A stretch of DNA of 64,000 nt, taken from a virus. Position 1 is the first letter of the stretch. Each line of letters opens with the position of its first letter. Shown in pieces: positions 55,136 to 63,627 of this stretch. The notes under the pieces are model-generated. The model was given only the letters and a program-made list of their open reading frames with translations, did not search any database and was not told the DNA's origin. A program made the position numbers and the translations under genes. The stretch lies in IMG/VR virus record IMGVR_UViG_3300035703_000021, positions 64,001-128,000 of that record; one strand, written 5' to 3'.

Positions 55136-55513
55136 ATGGCGGTAAGCAAAATGAGTCGGGAGGCGTCAGTGGTGGCGACTCACGCTGATGAAGAAGACGA
55201 TCTCTTCGACTTCGGAGAGCCGGAAGTTATTCCAGTTGAGATCTCTCCGGGTAAGTTCCTGACGCTGAAGGAACCTACTGCTAACGATCTTATCGAGATC
55301 AGCAAGATCTCCAATAATAAGAACATCGACGAGATCGAAGCAACTCTGCAGACCATCTGCATCCTCTACGTTCCCGATCCAGGGAAAAGACGACTGTCGT
55401 TAAAAGAAGCTAAAAGGCTCCGTCCCAAGCAGCTGAAAAAGCTGGGAGCGGCCATCAACGAGCTGCTTGGAATGGACGAGGAACCCGCAGCCGATGAAGA
55501 AGGAGAGCAGTGA
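55136..55513 (+). CDS. Tail assembly chaperone
   Basis: LTLKEPTANDL..LSLKEAKRL..QLKKLGAAINELL resembles Mu gp41 / P2 gpE-type chaperones; upstream of the sheath. Confidence 0.65.
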   Translation: MAVSKMSREASVVATHADEEDDLFDFGEPEVIPVEISPGKFLTLKEPTANDLIEISKISNNKNIDEIEATLQTICILYVPDPGKRRLSLKEAKRLRPKQLKKLGAAINELLGMDEEPAADEEGEQ

Positions 55514-55943
55514 TCTTGACGTTGTGAGAAATCACGACTACACGGTAACTATCACGGACGCGAAAGGTCGAAAATTAAACTTCAGGGACATCACAGGAAG
55601 CGACCTGGAATACCTTGACAGGATCATAGGAAGCTTCGAAGAGAAAAGCGAGAAACACCTCTCATTTGACGATGTTATCTCTGTGTTAACAACACTCAGC
55701 ACCAGGGATTTCGACTTTAAGAGGCTAACGCAGAGAACTCTCTCTCAGCTCTTCGAGGCTGTTCAGGAGCACATCCTCTGCAACTATATGGCAAAGTACG
55801 TGTGGTTGGGCCAGTGCTACAGCATCCAAAACGGATCGTTCTCTGGACTTAGCGCAATGGAAGAGGTACCGATGACAAAATTTATCGCGATGATCCAGAT
55901 TCACAAGGAGGCGATAGAGTCAATTAACAAACCCACTGAATGA
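55494..55943 (+). CDS. Second tail assembly chaperone-like protein
   Basis: LNFRDITGSDL motif plus C-terminal W...Y...SF...MEEVPMTKF segment; ATG 55494 after GAGG. Confidence 0.5.
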   Translation: MKKESSDLDVVRNHDYTVTITDAKGRKLNFRDITGSDLEYLDRIIGSFEEKSEKHLSFDDVISVLTTLSTRDFDFKRLTQRTLSQLFEAVQEHILCNYMAKYVWLGQCYSIQNGSFSGLSAMEEVPMTKFIAMIQIHKEAIESINKPTE

Positions 55944-56182
55944 CAGACTCCGAAAGACTGAAACTCATCCTGATACTGTGCTCGATCTGCCTTAAGCAGG
56001 ATATCTCGGAGCTCAAAGCGTTTATCAGCGTAAGCGCTAGGTACGTAGACACAAACGACTTCAATAAGATACTTAGAAAATCGATCAGAGTCCTAGAGAC
56101 TAGGAGGTGCGGAGCTATATCGTGCCCCGACTGGCTCATGGGGGAACTTTTCCAGCTTTACAAGATCGACGTGATCGACTAA
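55940..56182 (+). CDS. Small hypothetical protein
   Basis: 80 aa, ATGA overlap. Confidence 0.55.
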   Translation: MTDSERLKLILILCSICLKQDISELKAFISVSARYVDTNDFNKILRKSIRVLETRRCGAISCPDWLMGELFQLYKIDVID

Positions 56183-56203
56183 ACACGCATAAAATAGCCG
56201 TTT

Positions 56204-56211
56204 GTTTAAGG
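56204..56211 (+). promoter_or_regulatory. Late-type element GTTTAAGG
   Basis: 42 nt upstream of the sheath ATG. Confidence 0.6.
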
Positions 56212-56245
56212 GTAGTAATGAAAGATATAGTGTCTTCAATCCCCT

Positions 56246-58900
56246 ATGGCCAATCCAATCAGAATCAATGCTGCCACATTGAATCGGCCGGGAGTCTTCG
56301 TTACCCAAACTTCGACTGGCTCTCTTCCACAGCCCATCGCCACCCACGCGGTAGGATATATCTTCGGTACGACTCCTTCCGAGGATTATTACAAAGAAGA
56401 TGCTATTAACGCCTACACCGATCTGCAACCTTATGTTCCCACTCAGATCGGGTCCGTTGATGATTTTACCAGCAGGATCGGCGGCAAGCCTCCTGTGGGT
56501 AATAAGGGAGCTTTAGCTACCTATGATAGCGTCAAAGCTTTTTTCGACAACGTTGGTGTTAACGGCATTCTTTACTTCACCAGAGTCACTCCGACTCCTG
56601 AGACTGTTGTTGACATCGGTACTTCCACAGCTGGCACAGGATATAACGCCTTTGCTATCAAAGTAAACGGAAGGTATTTTGGTACCCCGATTGGTATCAG
56701 CGATCCTGACGGGACCGAGATCCGCGTGATCACCACAACTGCTCTTGACAAGATCGATAACGCGAGAGACGTTTTCACCTACCTTTCCGGTAACGGTGAC
56801 AACTTTGCCGACTACTATCGTATCGAGCAGGATGCGACTGAGGCTCTTGCAGGTAAGTTCAGAATTTTCTCCAAGAACAGCACGGATCTTCCCGAGGTTG
56901 GCAGATTCTACGCCTATCAGTTCTCCAATAGTGAGTACGCTCAGCAGATTGACCTACTCTCCCAGAGCGATGTTGTTTCACTGTACACCTCGATCAAGGA
57001 CATCAACTTCAGATGCGTTTCCAGAGACCAAACAACTCGCGAAACGATCCTGCACATCTCGGGCGGCCAACTTAGCTCCTACAACGCTCAGCTCGCCACT
57101 CCTCTTACTCTGTCCACAGCAACCACGGCACAGAAGTCAACTCTTCTCAAGGACTTCCTTGTTAACCAGGGGGTCTACTCCGCGGTAGCAGACATCCCGG
57201 ATGACAAGTACGTTGCTATCTCCACGGATACGAGCACGAACACCTCCAAGTGGCCTATCGCTGACTCCGCGTACTGGCAGTACGATCTGGTAACCACGGC
57301 TTTTGCAAAGCTTGTGGATGGATCTAGCGCTGCTATCGTACCAAGCGGTAACCCAGTAGCCAGAACTGGCTACCTGCCCGACTCCGTTCAGGTTTTCTAC
57401 GTGAATGTGGCGGGTGAGAACAGAGCGATCATCGTGGATGGCGCGAATCCCGAAGAGCTCGCCAATGGGCTCAAGACTTCGATCGAGGCTATCCTCGCGG
57501 AGAAAGATCTTGATTCCTACTACATTGTCGAGTCGGCTACTCTGGATTCCGATACCACAAGCGGTAAGATCAGCACCACCAAGTACGTTCCTAACAACGG
57601 TCTGGATTCTAACGGCGAACTAGTCTCCGCGGCTGGTGTTCCTTACATCCGTCCCGAGCTACTCGAGCTTCCTTCAGGAGCCACAGCTTCTGACAAAGCC
57701 GGTGCCAACGGATTCTACTCTCACGACTACGTGCTGAAGATCAGAATCACCTCCAAGAACGGTGTAAGCTCACCTGTCTATGCCGGTGTTAACAGATCCG
57801 GGGCCATCGACCAGAACGTGGTCAAACTACCTTCCACAGAGCAGAACGCAAACTACGAGTCCTATAAGCTCACCGCAGGCGCTAAAGCTAACGACTTCGT
57901 CTACGCGATTGAGCAGGGCATGGAATCCAAGAGCCTAGCTCCTGGTTTCCTGTTCGCTCCCGAAGCGTACACAGTGCTCTCCTACGAAGCCGGTGTTGGC
58001 GACCTTGCTAGCCAGAACGAAGCTCGTCAGGAGCGTCTCAAGATCACCCAAACGCTGGTTAAAGCCGCTGAAGGTAAGATCGGAACCACAGAAGGACTGA
58101 CAGGAACTCAGCATATCGCTCTTATCGATTGCGGAGCCGACGAGATCTCCCTCGTAAGAGTGCAGGACGAGCTCAATCTGATCAGAAGCACTGTAGGTGT
58201 GCCTTTCGGCCACGCCGCTTACTACGCTCCTTACATCAAGAATGTCGAGGATCGTTTCGTTGCTCCTTCCGGCTTCATCGCTGGAATCGCTTGCTCGAGA
58301 TACATCAACGAGGGCTTCCAGCAGCCCCCTGCCGGTGCTCGCTACCCGCTACGTGGTGCGATCGGACTCAAGTTCGATATCTCAGCTCAGCAGCAGGAAG
58401 TGACCTACGCACTTGGCCTCAACCCTATTCGTTCCCTGCCGAACAGAGGAATCGTGGCCTGGGGCGCCAGAACACTCTCCCCCAACCCGCTCTTCAAGTT
58501 CGTAAACACACGTGCCATTCTGAACGTCCTCATCGACGTTATGAGCCGCAGCTTCGACGACATGCTCTTCGAGCAGATCGACTCCGCCGGTACCGTGTAC
58601 GCCAGAGTGAAGTCTATCGCCTCTCAGATCCTCGGCCAGTTCTTCCGTCAGGGAGCGCTGTTCGGTGCGAGACCCGAGCAAGCCTACCTCGCGGTGTGCT
58701 CATCGGCGAACAATGACGCAGCGAGCCTAGAGAACGGAACAGTTCGTCTTGACGTGTATGTGGCCACAAGCCCGACTCTCGAGCGTCTCCTGGTCACCAT
58801 CGTGAGAACTCCTGCGGGTCAGGTTGCCCAGTTAAGCGACTCTTTCTCCAGAAATGAGGAGAGATTCAACTACCTTCTCAATACCACAAACGTCTTCTGA
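56246..58900 (+). CDS. Contractile tail sheath protein (large, with insertion domains)
   Basis: RPGVFV N-terminus; FFDN.G; AAYYAPY..APSG.IAG..QPPAG..LNPIR..GIVAWGARTL..FVNTR..FE..GALFG. Confidence 0.95.
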   Translation: MANPIRINAATLNRPGVFVTQTSTGSLPQPIATHAVGYIFGTTPSEDYYKEDAINAYTDLQPYVPTQIGSVDDFTSRIGGKPPVGNKGALATYDSVKAFFDNVGVNGILYFTRVTPTPETVVDIGTSTAGTGYNAFAIKVNGRYFGTPIGISDPDGTEIRVITTTALDKIDNARDVFTYLSGNGDNFADYYRIEQDATEALAGKFRIFSKNSTDLPEVGRFYAYQFSNSEYAQQIDLLSQSDVVSLYTSIKDINFRCVSRDQTTRETILHISGGQLSSYNAQLATPLTLSTATTAQKSTLLKDFLVNQGVYSAVADIPDDKYVAISTDTSTNTSKWPIADSAYWQYDLVTTAFAKLVDGSSAAIVPSGNPVARTGYLPDSVQVFYVNVAGENRAIIVDGANPEELANGLKTSIEAILAEKDLDSYYIVESATLDSDTTSGKISTTKYVPNNGLDSNGELVSAAGVPYIRPELLELPSGATASDKAGANGFYSHDYVLKIRITSKNGVSSPVYAGVNRSGAIDQNVVKLPSTEQNANYESYKLTAGAKANDFVYAIEQGMESKSLAPGFLFAPEAYTVLSYEAGVGDLASQNEARQERLKITQTLVKAAEGKIGTTEGLTGTQHIALIDCGADEISLVRVQDELNLIRSTVGVPFGHAAYYAPYIKNVEDRFVAPSGFIAGIACSRYINEGFQQPPAGARYPLRGAIGLKFDISAQQQEVTYALGLNPIRSLPNRGIVAWGARTLSPNPLFKFVNTRAILNVLIDVMSRSFDDMLFEQIDSAGTVYARVKSIASQILGQFFRQGALFGARPEQAYLAVCSSANNDAASLENGTVRLDVYVATSPTLERLLVTIVRTPAGQVAQLSDSFSRNEERFNYLLNTTNVF

Positions 58901-58903
58901 TAA

Positions 58904-60850
58904 ATGAAAGAGCAAGTACTCAATCACAAGCAACCTCTCTCGGATCAGCAATCTAAAAAGGTTGTCTACGTCGAGATGTTCAGAGCCGGCCCGCAGATCT
59001 CATCTACGGGTCAGAAGCTGGTATTTGATGAGAGCGACTTGGATCAGGTGGTGGGGTCTTACGATCCCATCCACCACGAGGCACCCCTGATCATCGGACA
59101 CGATCAACAGGACGATACGCCAGCGCTCGGTTGGGTACGTAAAGTGTGGAGAAAAGGCAAAGAACTTTGGGGTAAGGTCGAACTTACCCCTAAGGCCGAA
59201 CAGCTCATCAAAGATGGGGTGTTCAAAAAAGTAAGTAGTTCATTCTACCTGCCCGAGGCTGAAACGAATCCTACACCTGGGAAATTATCCCTACGTCATC
59301 TCGGTTTGGTTTCTATTCCGGCAGTTAAAGGACTCACTGCTTTTTCGGAGGAATCCGAACAGCAAACGATCACAATTACCCCCTCCGAAGGGGAGTCTTC
59401 TATTTCGTTTAAAGAACACTTAGGAAAAAATCAAACTATGGCTAGGAAGAAAACCAAACCAGAAACTCCCGCTTCGGTTTCCTCGGTTATCGAGCATACC
59501 GAGGGTGGTGGGATGACTGTCAATATCAACATTGGCGGGGGCGATAAGCCTAAGAGCAATGTGTATGACGACAGCGGAAACCAGATCTCCGAAACAGGAG
59601 CTCCTGCCGAGTACGACATGGACTACGGTATGGAGTCTGATATGGAAGCGGACCCGGCCATGAGCATGGCTGATGACTCCGATTCCTCGGATGACCTCGG
59701 TCTTGAGGATGATAGCGCTGACGGAGACGTTTCCGCTGAAGGTGACGACATGGGCACCGATGTTGCTGGCGACGAAGGAGACGACATGGCTCCTGACGCC
59801 GGTATGGATGGAGGAGCGGACGACTCCGCCACTGAGCCTTCCGAAGGGGGCGATGGGGCACCTGATGATGGCACCGAGGATATCTCTGGTGACATGGAGG
59901 GAGATGATCAAAAGATCGCCCAACTCGCCTCGGAATACGAAATCGACGAGCTAATCAAGGCTCTAGCTCTTAAAACAGATGCCGCTTCCATGATGGAAGG
60001 ACAGGGAATGTCTTACGGTGAGATGCCCGAGGGCCTTAAGAAGGCCATGGAGGCTAAGAAAAAGGGAGAAGGTGAGAGTAAAGACGAAGAGGAGAAGGAA
60101 GAGGATTCGGAAGACATGGGCGAGAAGTGCACCGACGCTGGCGAGCCCAGCGGAGCTGGTGAGCCTCCCTCGGAAGAGGTGAAGGGCGCTGACGAGCCCA
60201 AGGGAGAGCAGGTTTACGCCGAGGAGGAAGCTACCGAGGAAGACGAGGAAGTTTCCGAGCATGGTGAAGGCTGCAAGGACTACGAAGAGGATGAAGACGA
60301 GAAGAAAAAGAAAATGATGAAGAGCGACATGTCAGAAGAGACCACTCCTGAAGAGGCTACAGGAACTCTGGATCATAGCGAGTCCGCTATGGGAGTTCAG
60401 GGACAGAATGACCTTCAAGCCCGGGTAGCCGAACTGGAAGAGGAACTTGCCAGACAGAAAAAGCTCATGAGAGAGAAGGAAATCTCCGATTTCTGCGAGA
60501 CTCTCTACGGCGAGGGTAAACTGACTCAGCAGATCGTCTCTAAGACCGATCTCGTTAGATTCATGGAGACTCTCAATAACAAGAACTCGGTGAACTTCTC
60601 CGAGACAGGCAAAGCCTCCCAATTTGATTTCTTCAAAGGTGTTCTGGAGAAACTACCCTCCATGGTCAGCTTCGAAGAATTTGCCACCCCTGCTTCCGCT
60701 CCCAAGAGCAGAAAGCAACCCTCTCCTTCGGCCGACGGTTACGTCTACGACCCCGCCACTGCGGACCTCCACGCTCAAGCGCTGGACTACGCAGAGGAAA
60801 AGGGCGTTGAGTACACCATCGCTCTGAAGGCTGTTCTATCCAACTCATAA
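58904..60850 (+). CDS. Mu gpI-like prohead protease fused to an acidic scaffold
   Basis: VEMFRAG..APLIIGH..PALGWV..FKKVSSSFY..LRHLGLVSIPAVKGL; then a long D/E-rich region and coiled coil. Confidence 0.88.
   Translation: MKEQVLNHKQPLSDQQSKKVVYVEMFRAGPQISSTGQKLVFDESDLDQVVGSYDPIHHEAPLIIGHDQQDDTPALGWVRKVWRKGKELWGKVELTPKAEQLIKDGVFKKVSSSFYLPEAETNPTPGKLSLRHLGLVSIPAVKGLTAFSEESEQQTITITPSEGESSISFKEHLGKNQTMARKKTKPETPASVSSVIEHTEGGGMTVNINIGGGDKPKSNVYDDSGNQISETGAPAEYDMDYGMESDMEADPAMSMADDSDSSDDLGLEDDSADGDVSAEGDDMGTDVAGDEGDDMAPDAGMDGGADDSATEPSEGGDGAPDDGTEDISGDMEGDDQKIAQLASEYEIDELIKALALKTDAASMMEGQGMSYGEMPEGLKKAMEAKKKGEGESKDEEEKEEDSEDMGEKCTDAGEPSGAGEPPSEEVKGADEPKGEQVYAEEEATEEDEEVSEHGEGCKDYEEDEDEKKKKMMKSDMSEETTPEEATGTLDHSESAMGVQGQNDLQARVAELEEELARQKKLMREKEISDFCETLYGEGKLTQQIVSKTDLVRFMETLNNKNSVNFSETGKASQFDFFKGVLEKLPSMVSFEEFATPASAPKSRKQPSPSADGYVYDPATADLHAQALDYAEEKGVEYTIALKAVLSNS
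59407..59414 (+). promoter_or_regulatory. Late-type element GTTTAAAG inside the protease gene
   Basis: 31 nt upstream of the in-frame ATG 59438, with AGGA in between. Confidence 0.6.
59438..60850 (+). CDS. Scaffold protein from an internal in-frame start (Mu gpZ-like)
   Basis: In-frame ATG (MARKKTKP) with an A-rich leader and its own late motif; Mu gene I is known to encode gpZ internally. Confidence 0.6.
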   Translation: MARKKTKPETPASVSSVIEHTEGGGMTVNINIGGGDKPKSNVYDDSGNQISETGAPAEYDMDYGMESDMEADPAMSMADDSDSSDDLGLEDDSADGDVSAEGDDMGTDVAGDEGDDMAPDAGMDGGADDSATEPSEGGDGAPDDGTEDISGDMEGDDQKIAQLASEYEIDELIKALALKTDAASMMEGQGMSYGEMPEGLKKAMEAKKKGEGESKDEEEKEEDSEDMGEKCTDAGEPSGAGEPPSEEVKGADEPKGEQVYAEEEATEEDEEVSEHGEGCKDYEEDEDEKKKKMMKSDMSEETTPEEATGTLDHSESAMGVQGQNDLQARVAELEEELARQKKLMREKEISDFCETLYGEGKLTQQIVSKTDLVRFMETLNNKNSVNFSETGKASQFDFFKGVLEKLPSMVSFEEFATPASAPKSRKQPSPSADGYVYDPATADLHAQALDYAEEKGVEYTIALKAVLSNS

Positions 60851-60862
60851 GGAGATTAACAA

Positions 60863-61387
60863 ATGGCTAAGGACCCACGTTACATGTCCTTTGACCACCA
60901 GTATGTTGAGACTGTGACCGTCACCGACGCCACAGCTCTCACCAACGGTGTCGAGGCTCATCGCTTTGTTAAGCGCGACGGCGCTTACCCCTCCGCCAAC
61001 GGCTACGCCGCTGGTGTGAATGTCTACCGCATCTACGGCCAAGGCGAGCTGAACGCCAACGGCTACCAAGTCGATGACGGTTCGACCCTGGTGTACGAAG
61101 GTCAGCTGAATCCTTCTACCACACCTTACAAGCCCGGCGTATTCCCCTATCAGGGCCTGGCTTCCATCGTGACCACTGGTATCGTAATTGTTCAAGTGGC
61201 CGCTTCTCAGACCATCGTAGTCGATTCCCCGATCTTCGCTAACGCTTCTGGCCAAGCCGTAACCGGCGCTGCTGGAACTGGCAAGATTGTTCTAGGTCGT
61301 GCCCTCGATGCCGTGACCACTGGCCAGGGAGAAACCTCCTACGTTCGTGTGAAGCTCGGTAACGAAGCTGGCGCCGCTCTAGCTTGA
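60863..61387 (+). CDS. Capsid cement/decoration protein (DUF2190-like)
   Basis: HRFV..AAGV..SIVTTGIVIV..I.V.SPIFANASGQAV..VLGRALDA; AAGGAG RBS; between scaffold and capsid. Confidence 0.7.
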   Translation: MAKDPRYMSFDHQYVETVTVTDATALTNGVEAHRFVKRDGAYPSANGYAAGVNVYRIYGQGELNANGYQVDDGSTLVYEGQLNPSTTPYKPGVFPYQGLASIVTTGIVIVQVAASQTIVVDSPIFANASGQAVTGAAGTGKIVLGRALDAVTTGQGETSYVRVKLGNEAGAALA

Positions 61388-61416
61388 TAATAGATACCTA
61401 AAGGAGATTAACAATC

Positions 61417-62400
61417 ATGATGAATCTTGATCAGGTCCGCGTAATTGACCCTATTCTTACGCAACTCGCTCAAGGGTACAAGAACGCTGAAGGCGTAGCA
61501 ACCTTCTTCGCTCCTGCAGTATCTATGAATACTCGCGCTGGACGTACCCTGGTTTTCGGTAAGGAAGCTTTCGCAGCTCAGTCCTTCCTCCGCGCTCCTG
61601 GAACTAACATCCAGAAGATCCAGAACCAATTCGGAACCCGTTCGTTCGCTCTCCGTCAGGAAGCGATCAGCTGGGAAATCGCCGAAGAGGTGGCCGCTGA
61701 GGCTAAGAACGGAGCAGCTCAGATCGACCTTCGCCAGTTCGCCGCTAAGGACGCCGCAAATCGTCTGATGCAGTCCTGGGAAGTTCAGGTTGCCACTGCC
61801 GTGACCGACACCACTCAGTACGAGACCAACAACGTGCTGAACCTGGCCACCTACAATGGTGGCGCTGACCAGTTCAACAGCCCAACCGCCGACGTGGAAG
61901 TGCTGATGGACGATGCCAAGGAGCAGGTCCGCAGCCAGATCGGTGTGTATCCTAACAAGATGGTGATCTCACCAGACGCTTTCAACGCTCTTAAGCGTAA
62001 CAAGCGTATCCGCGACTTCATGCAGCGCGGTGTGCTGGTCGACGAGAAGACTCTTGCTCAGATCTTTGGTCTGGACGAGATCCGCGTGGCCCGCAGACTG
62101 AAGCTGAATGAGTCCACCGGTGCTCTGGAGAACATCTACAACAACACCGCGATCCTCTTCTACCATCCTTCCGCCTCCACCGACGGCTTCATGCCCGCCC
62201 TGGACGCCAACTATGGTAACCCCGCTTTCGCTTACACCTACACTCTGAGTGGTTATCCTATCTCCACTCCTGAGCGCTTCAACATCGAGCGCAGAGTGTT
62301 CACCGGTGACATCCTTGTCGAGCGCTCCTTCGAGCTCGTAGGCATGGGTGAGAACGGAAAGTGTGGCGCTGGTTTCATCTTCCAGAACCCTGTTGCTTGA
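61417..62400 (+). CDS. Major capsid protein
   Basis: IDPILTQLAQGYKN..FGKEAF..RAPG..GVYPNKMVI..LAQIFGLD..PAFAYTY..GAGFIFQN; AAGGAG RBS; strong terminator after. Confidence 0.92.
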   Translation: MMNLDQVRVIDPILTQLAQGYKNAEGVATFFAPAVSMNTRAGRTLVFGKEAFAAQSFLRAPGTNIQKIQNQFGTRSFALRQEAISWEIAEEVAAEAKNGAAQIDLRQFAAKDAANRLMQSWEVQVATAVTDTTQYETNNVLNLATYNGGADQFNSPTADVEVLMDDAKEQVRSQIGVYPNKMVISPDAFNALKRNKRIRDFMQRGVLVDEKTLAQIFGLDEIRVARRLKLNESTGALENIYNNTAILFYHPSASTDGFMPALDANYGNPAFAYTYTLSGYPISTPERFNIERRVFTGDILVERSFELVGMGENGKCGAGFIFQNPVA

Positions 62401-62424
62401 GCTTAACCTCAAGAAGCTAAAATC

Positions 62425-62448
62425 GAGGCCTTCGGGCCTCTTTTTTTT
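62425..62448 (+). terminator. Intrinsic terminator after the capsid gene
   Basis: GAGGCC-TTCG-GGCCTC followed by a T-run. Confidence 0.92.
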
Positions 62449-62765
62449 TATGCGGTTTTTAACAGTAAAGAGTCTATTTTTTCTTTGAGTTGCTGGAGTC
62501 TACTTAAGTTTTGCTGATAGATTCTATCGTTAAAGTCCTTGTTGCCAAAAAGCTGGTCCAGAGTCACCGTTATATGAATATCCAGCCCCAGGTAAGAGTC
62601 CAAAATCCCCTTCAGCCTTTCTATGACTACTGCGTCTCCTTCATGTATATCACTTACAACCTTCTCCAAATAACTAACCGTCCTCTTGATAACAAAAGTA
62701 TCTGTACGTATATCCCTCTTTAAAGCTAGGTCCAATGACTTTAGGTACGCTTCATATAAACTCAT
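62448..62765 (-). CDS. AT-rich hypothetical protein (moron-like insertion)
   Basis: Likely start ATG 62765 (MSLYEAY); visibly AT-rich; antisense to the head operon. Confidence 0.6.
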   Translation of the reverse strand: MSLYEAYLKSLDLALKRDIRTDTFVIKRTVSYLEKVVSDIHEGDAVVIERLKGILDSYLGLDIHITVTLDQLFGNKDFNDRIYQQNLSRLQQLKEKIDSLLLKTA

Positions 62766-62788
62766 AGCACGGTACCCCGTATCCACGA

Positions 62789-62807
62789 ATTATACCATAG
62801 TTTAAAG
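62789..62807. promoter_or_regulatory. Divergent pair: extended -10 TGGTATAAT (-) and late-type GTTTAAAG (+)
   Basis: -10 element 24 nt upstream of 62765; late motif 31 nt upstream of ATG 62831. Confidence 0.65.
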
Positions 62808-62830
62808 TCATAGATAGATGGTCGATTATT

Positions 62831-63625
62831 ATGCCCAATTCTCCACTTCCTGATGAGTTCGGAATCGCGGATAATTGCACACCGGCTACAGTCGATTACT
62901 TCGTCGAGGTGTTCGGCTACCAGGAGGCCGTAGAGCTCTCGAATATAGACAACCCGACAGGCAACCAGATAAATGTCGATAAGATCCAGATCGCTCTGAA
63001 TGACGCTGCGGCTCTGATCAATAACTACATTGTCACCGCTCCGCCTCAGGGTAAGATCCTCATCGCCGGCTCGTACAGGCGCACCCAGGCCATCCTCGCA
63101 AGGTGGTACCTGGACATCCTTCGCCCGAGGCAGCAGGTGGTTGAAGCCGCGGACAAAGCACTCGAGCAACTGGAGCTCTGGGCGGCCAAGGCCTCCCCCT
63201 CCACAGGCCTGAAGTGGCAGGAAGCGTACCGCTACTGGGGAAGCGGATGCACGATGACGAAAAGCTCCTACAGAAGGGGCAGAAGCTTCACCGAGCCTTC
63301 CACAAGTCGCTGGGTCCTCCGCGAAGGGGGCAACAACCGCTGGTGGCAGTTCCCACGCAAGGAGGCTCTGTCGGTATCCAGGGATAGCTCGGAGAGAATC
63401 TCCGACGCGGCCATGGGCGTCACTGGCTCGATGCCCGAGTCAGCCCTCGAAGTCAACGAGCTCTTCGACGCTCTGGAGACTACGAGGGGACTCTCCTCGT
63501 TCACAAACACCCAAGACGCCGTGGATCCACAAGATGGCGATACGATTGTCGCCACTAACACGACACCCAGCGCCGACGGAAACTTCGATAACTACAACGG
63601 CCTTCAAGAAGGCAACACGTTCTGA
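62831..63625 (+). CDS. Head-tail adaptor, Mu gp36 / DUF1320-like, with C-terminal extension
   Basis: ATVDYFVEVFG..E.VELS..KIQIALNDAAALINNYI..ILARWYL..A...LE. Confidence 0.8.
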   Translation: MPNSPLPDEFGIADNCTPATVDYFVEVFGYQEAVELSNIDNPTGNQINVDKIQIALNDAAALINNYIVTAPPQGKILIAGSYRRTQAILARWYLDILRPRQQVVEAADKALEQLELWAAKASPSTGLKWQEAYRYWGSGCTMTKSSYRRGRSFTEPSTSRWVLREGGNNRWWQFPRKEALSVSRDSSERISDAAMGVTGSMPESALEVNELFDALETTRGLSSFTNTQDAVDPQDGDTIVATNTTPSADGNFDNYNGLQEGNTF

Positions 63626-63627
63626 TC

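Noticed and set aside
55430-55513. Programmed -1 frameshift joining the two tail chaperone ORFs (lambda G/GT style)
   Set aside because: The second ORF is in the +1 frame, no XXXYYYZ heptamer lies in the overlap, and it has its own RBS/ATG and chaperone-like N-terminus
58904-63625. Transposable Mu-like prophage or an extracellular contractile injection system
   Set aside because: No transposase, host genes or att-like ends in the window; capsid, portal and nucleotide-metabolism genes point to a large phage
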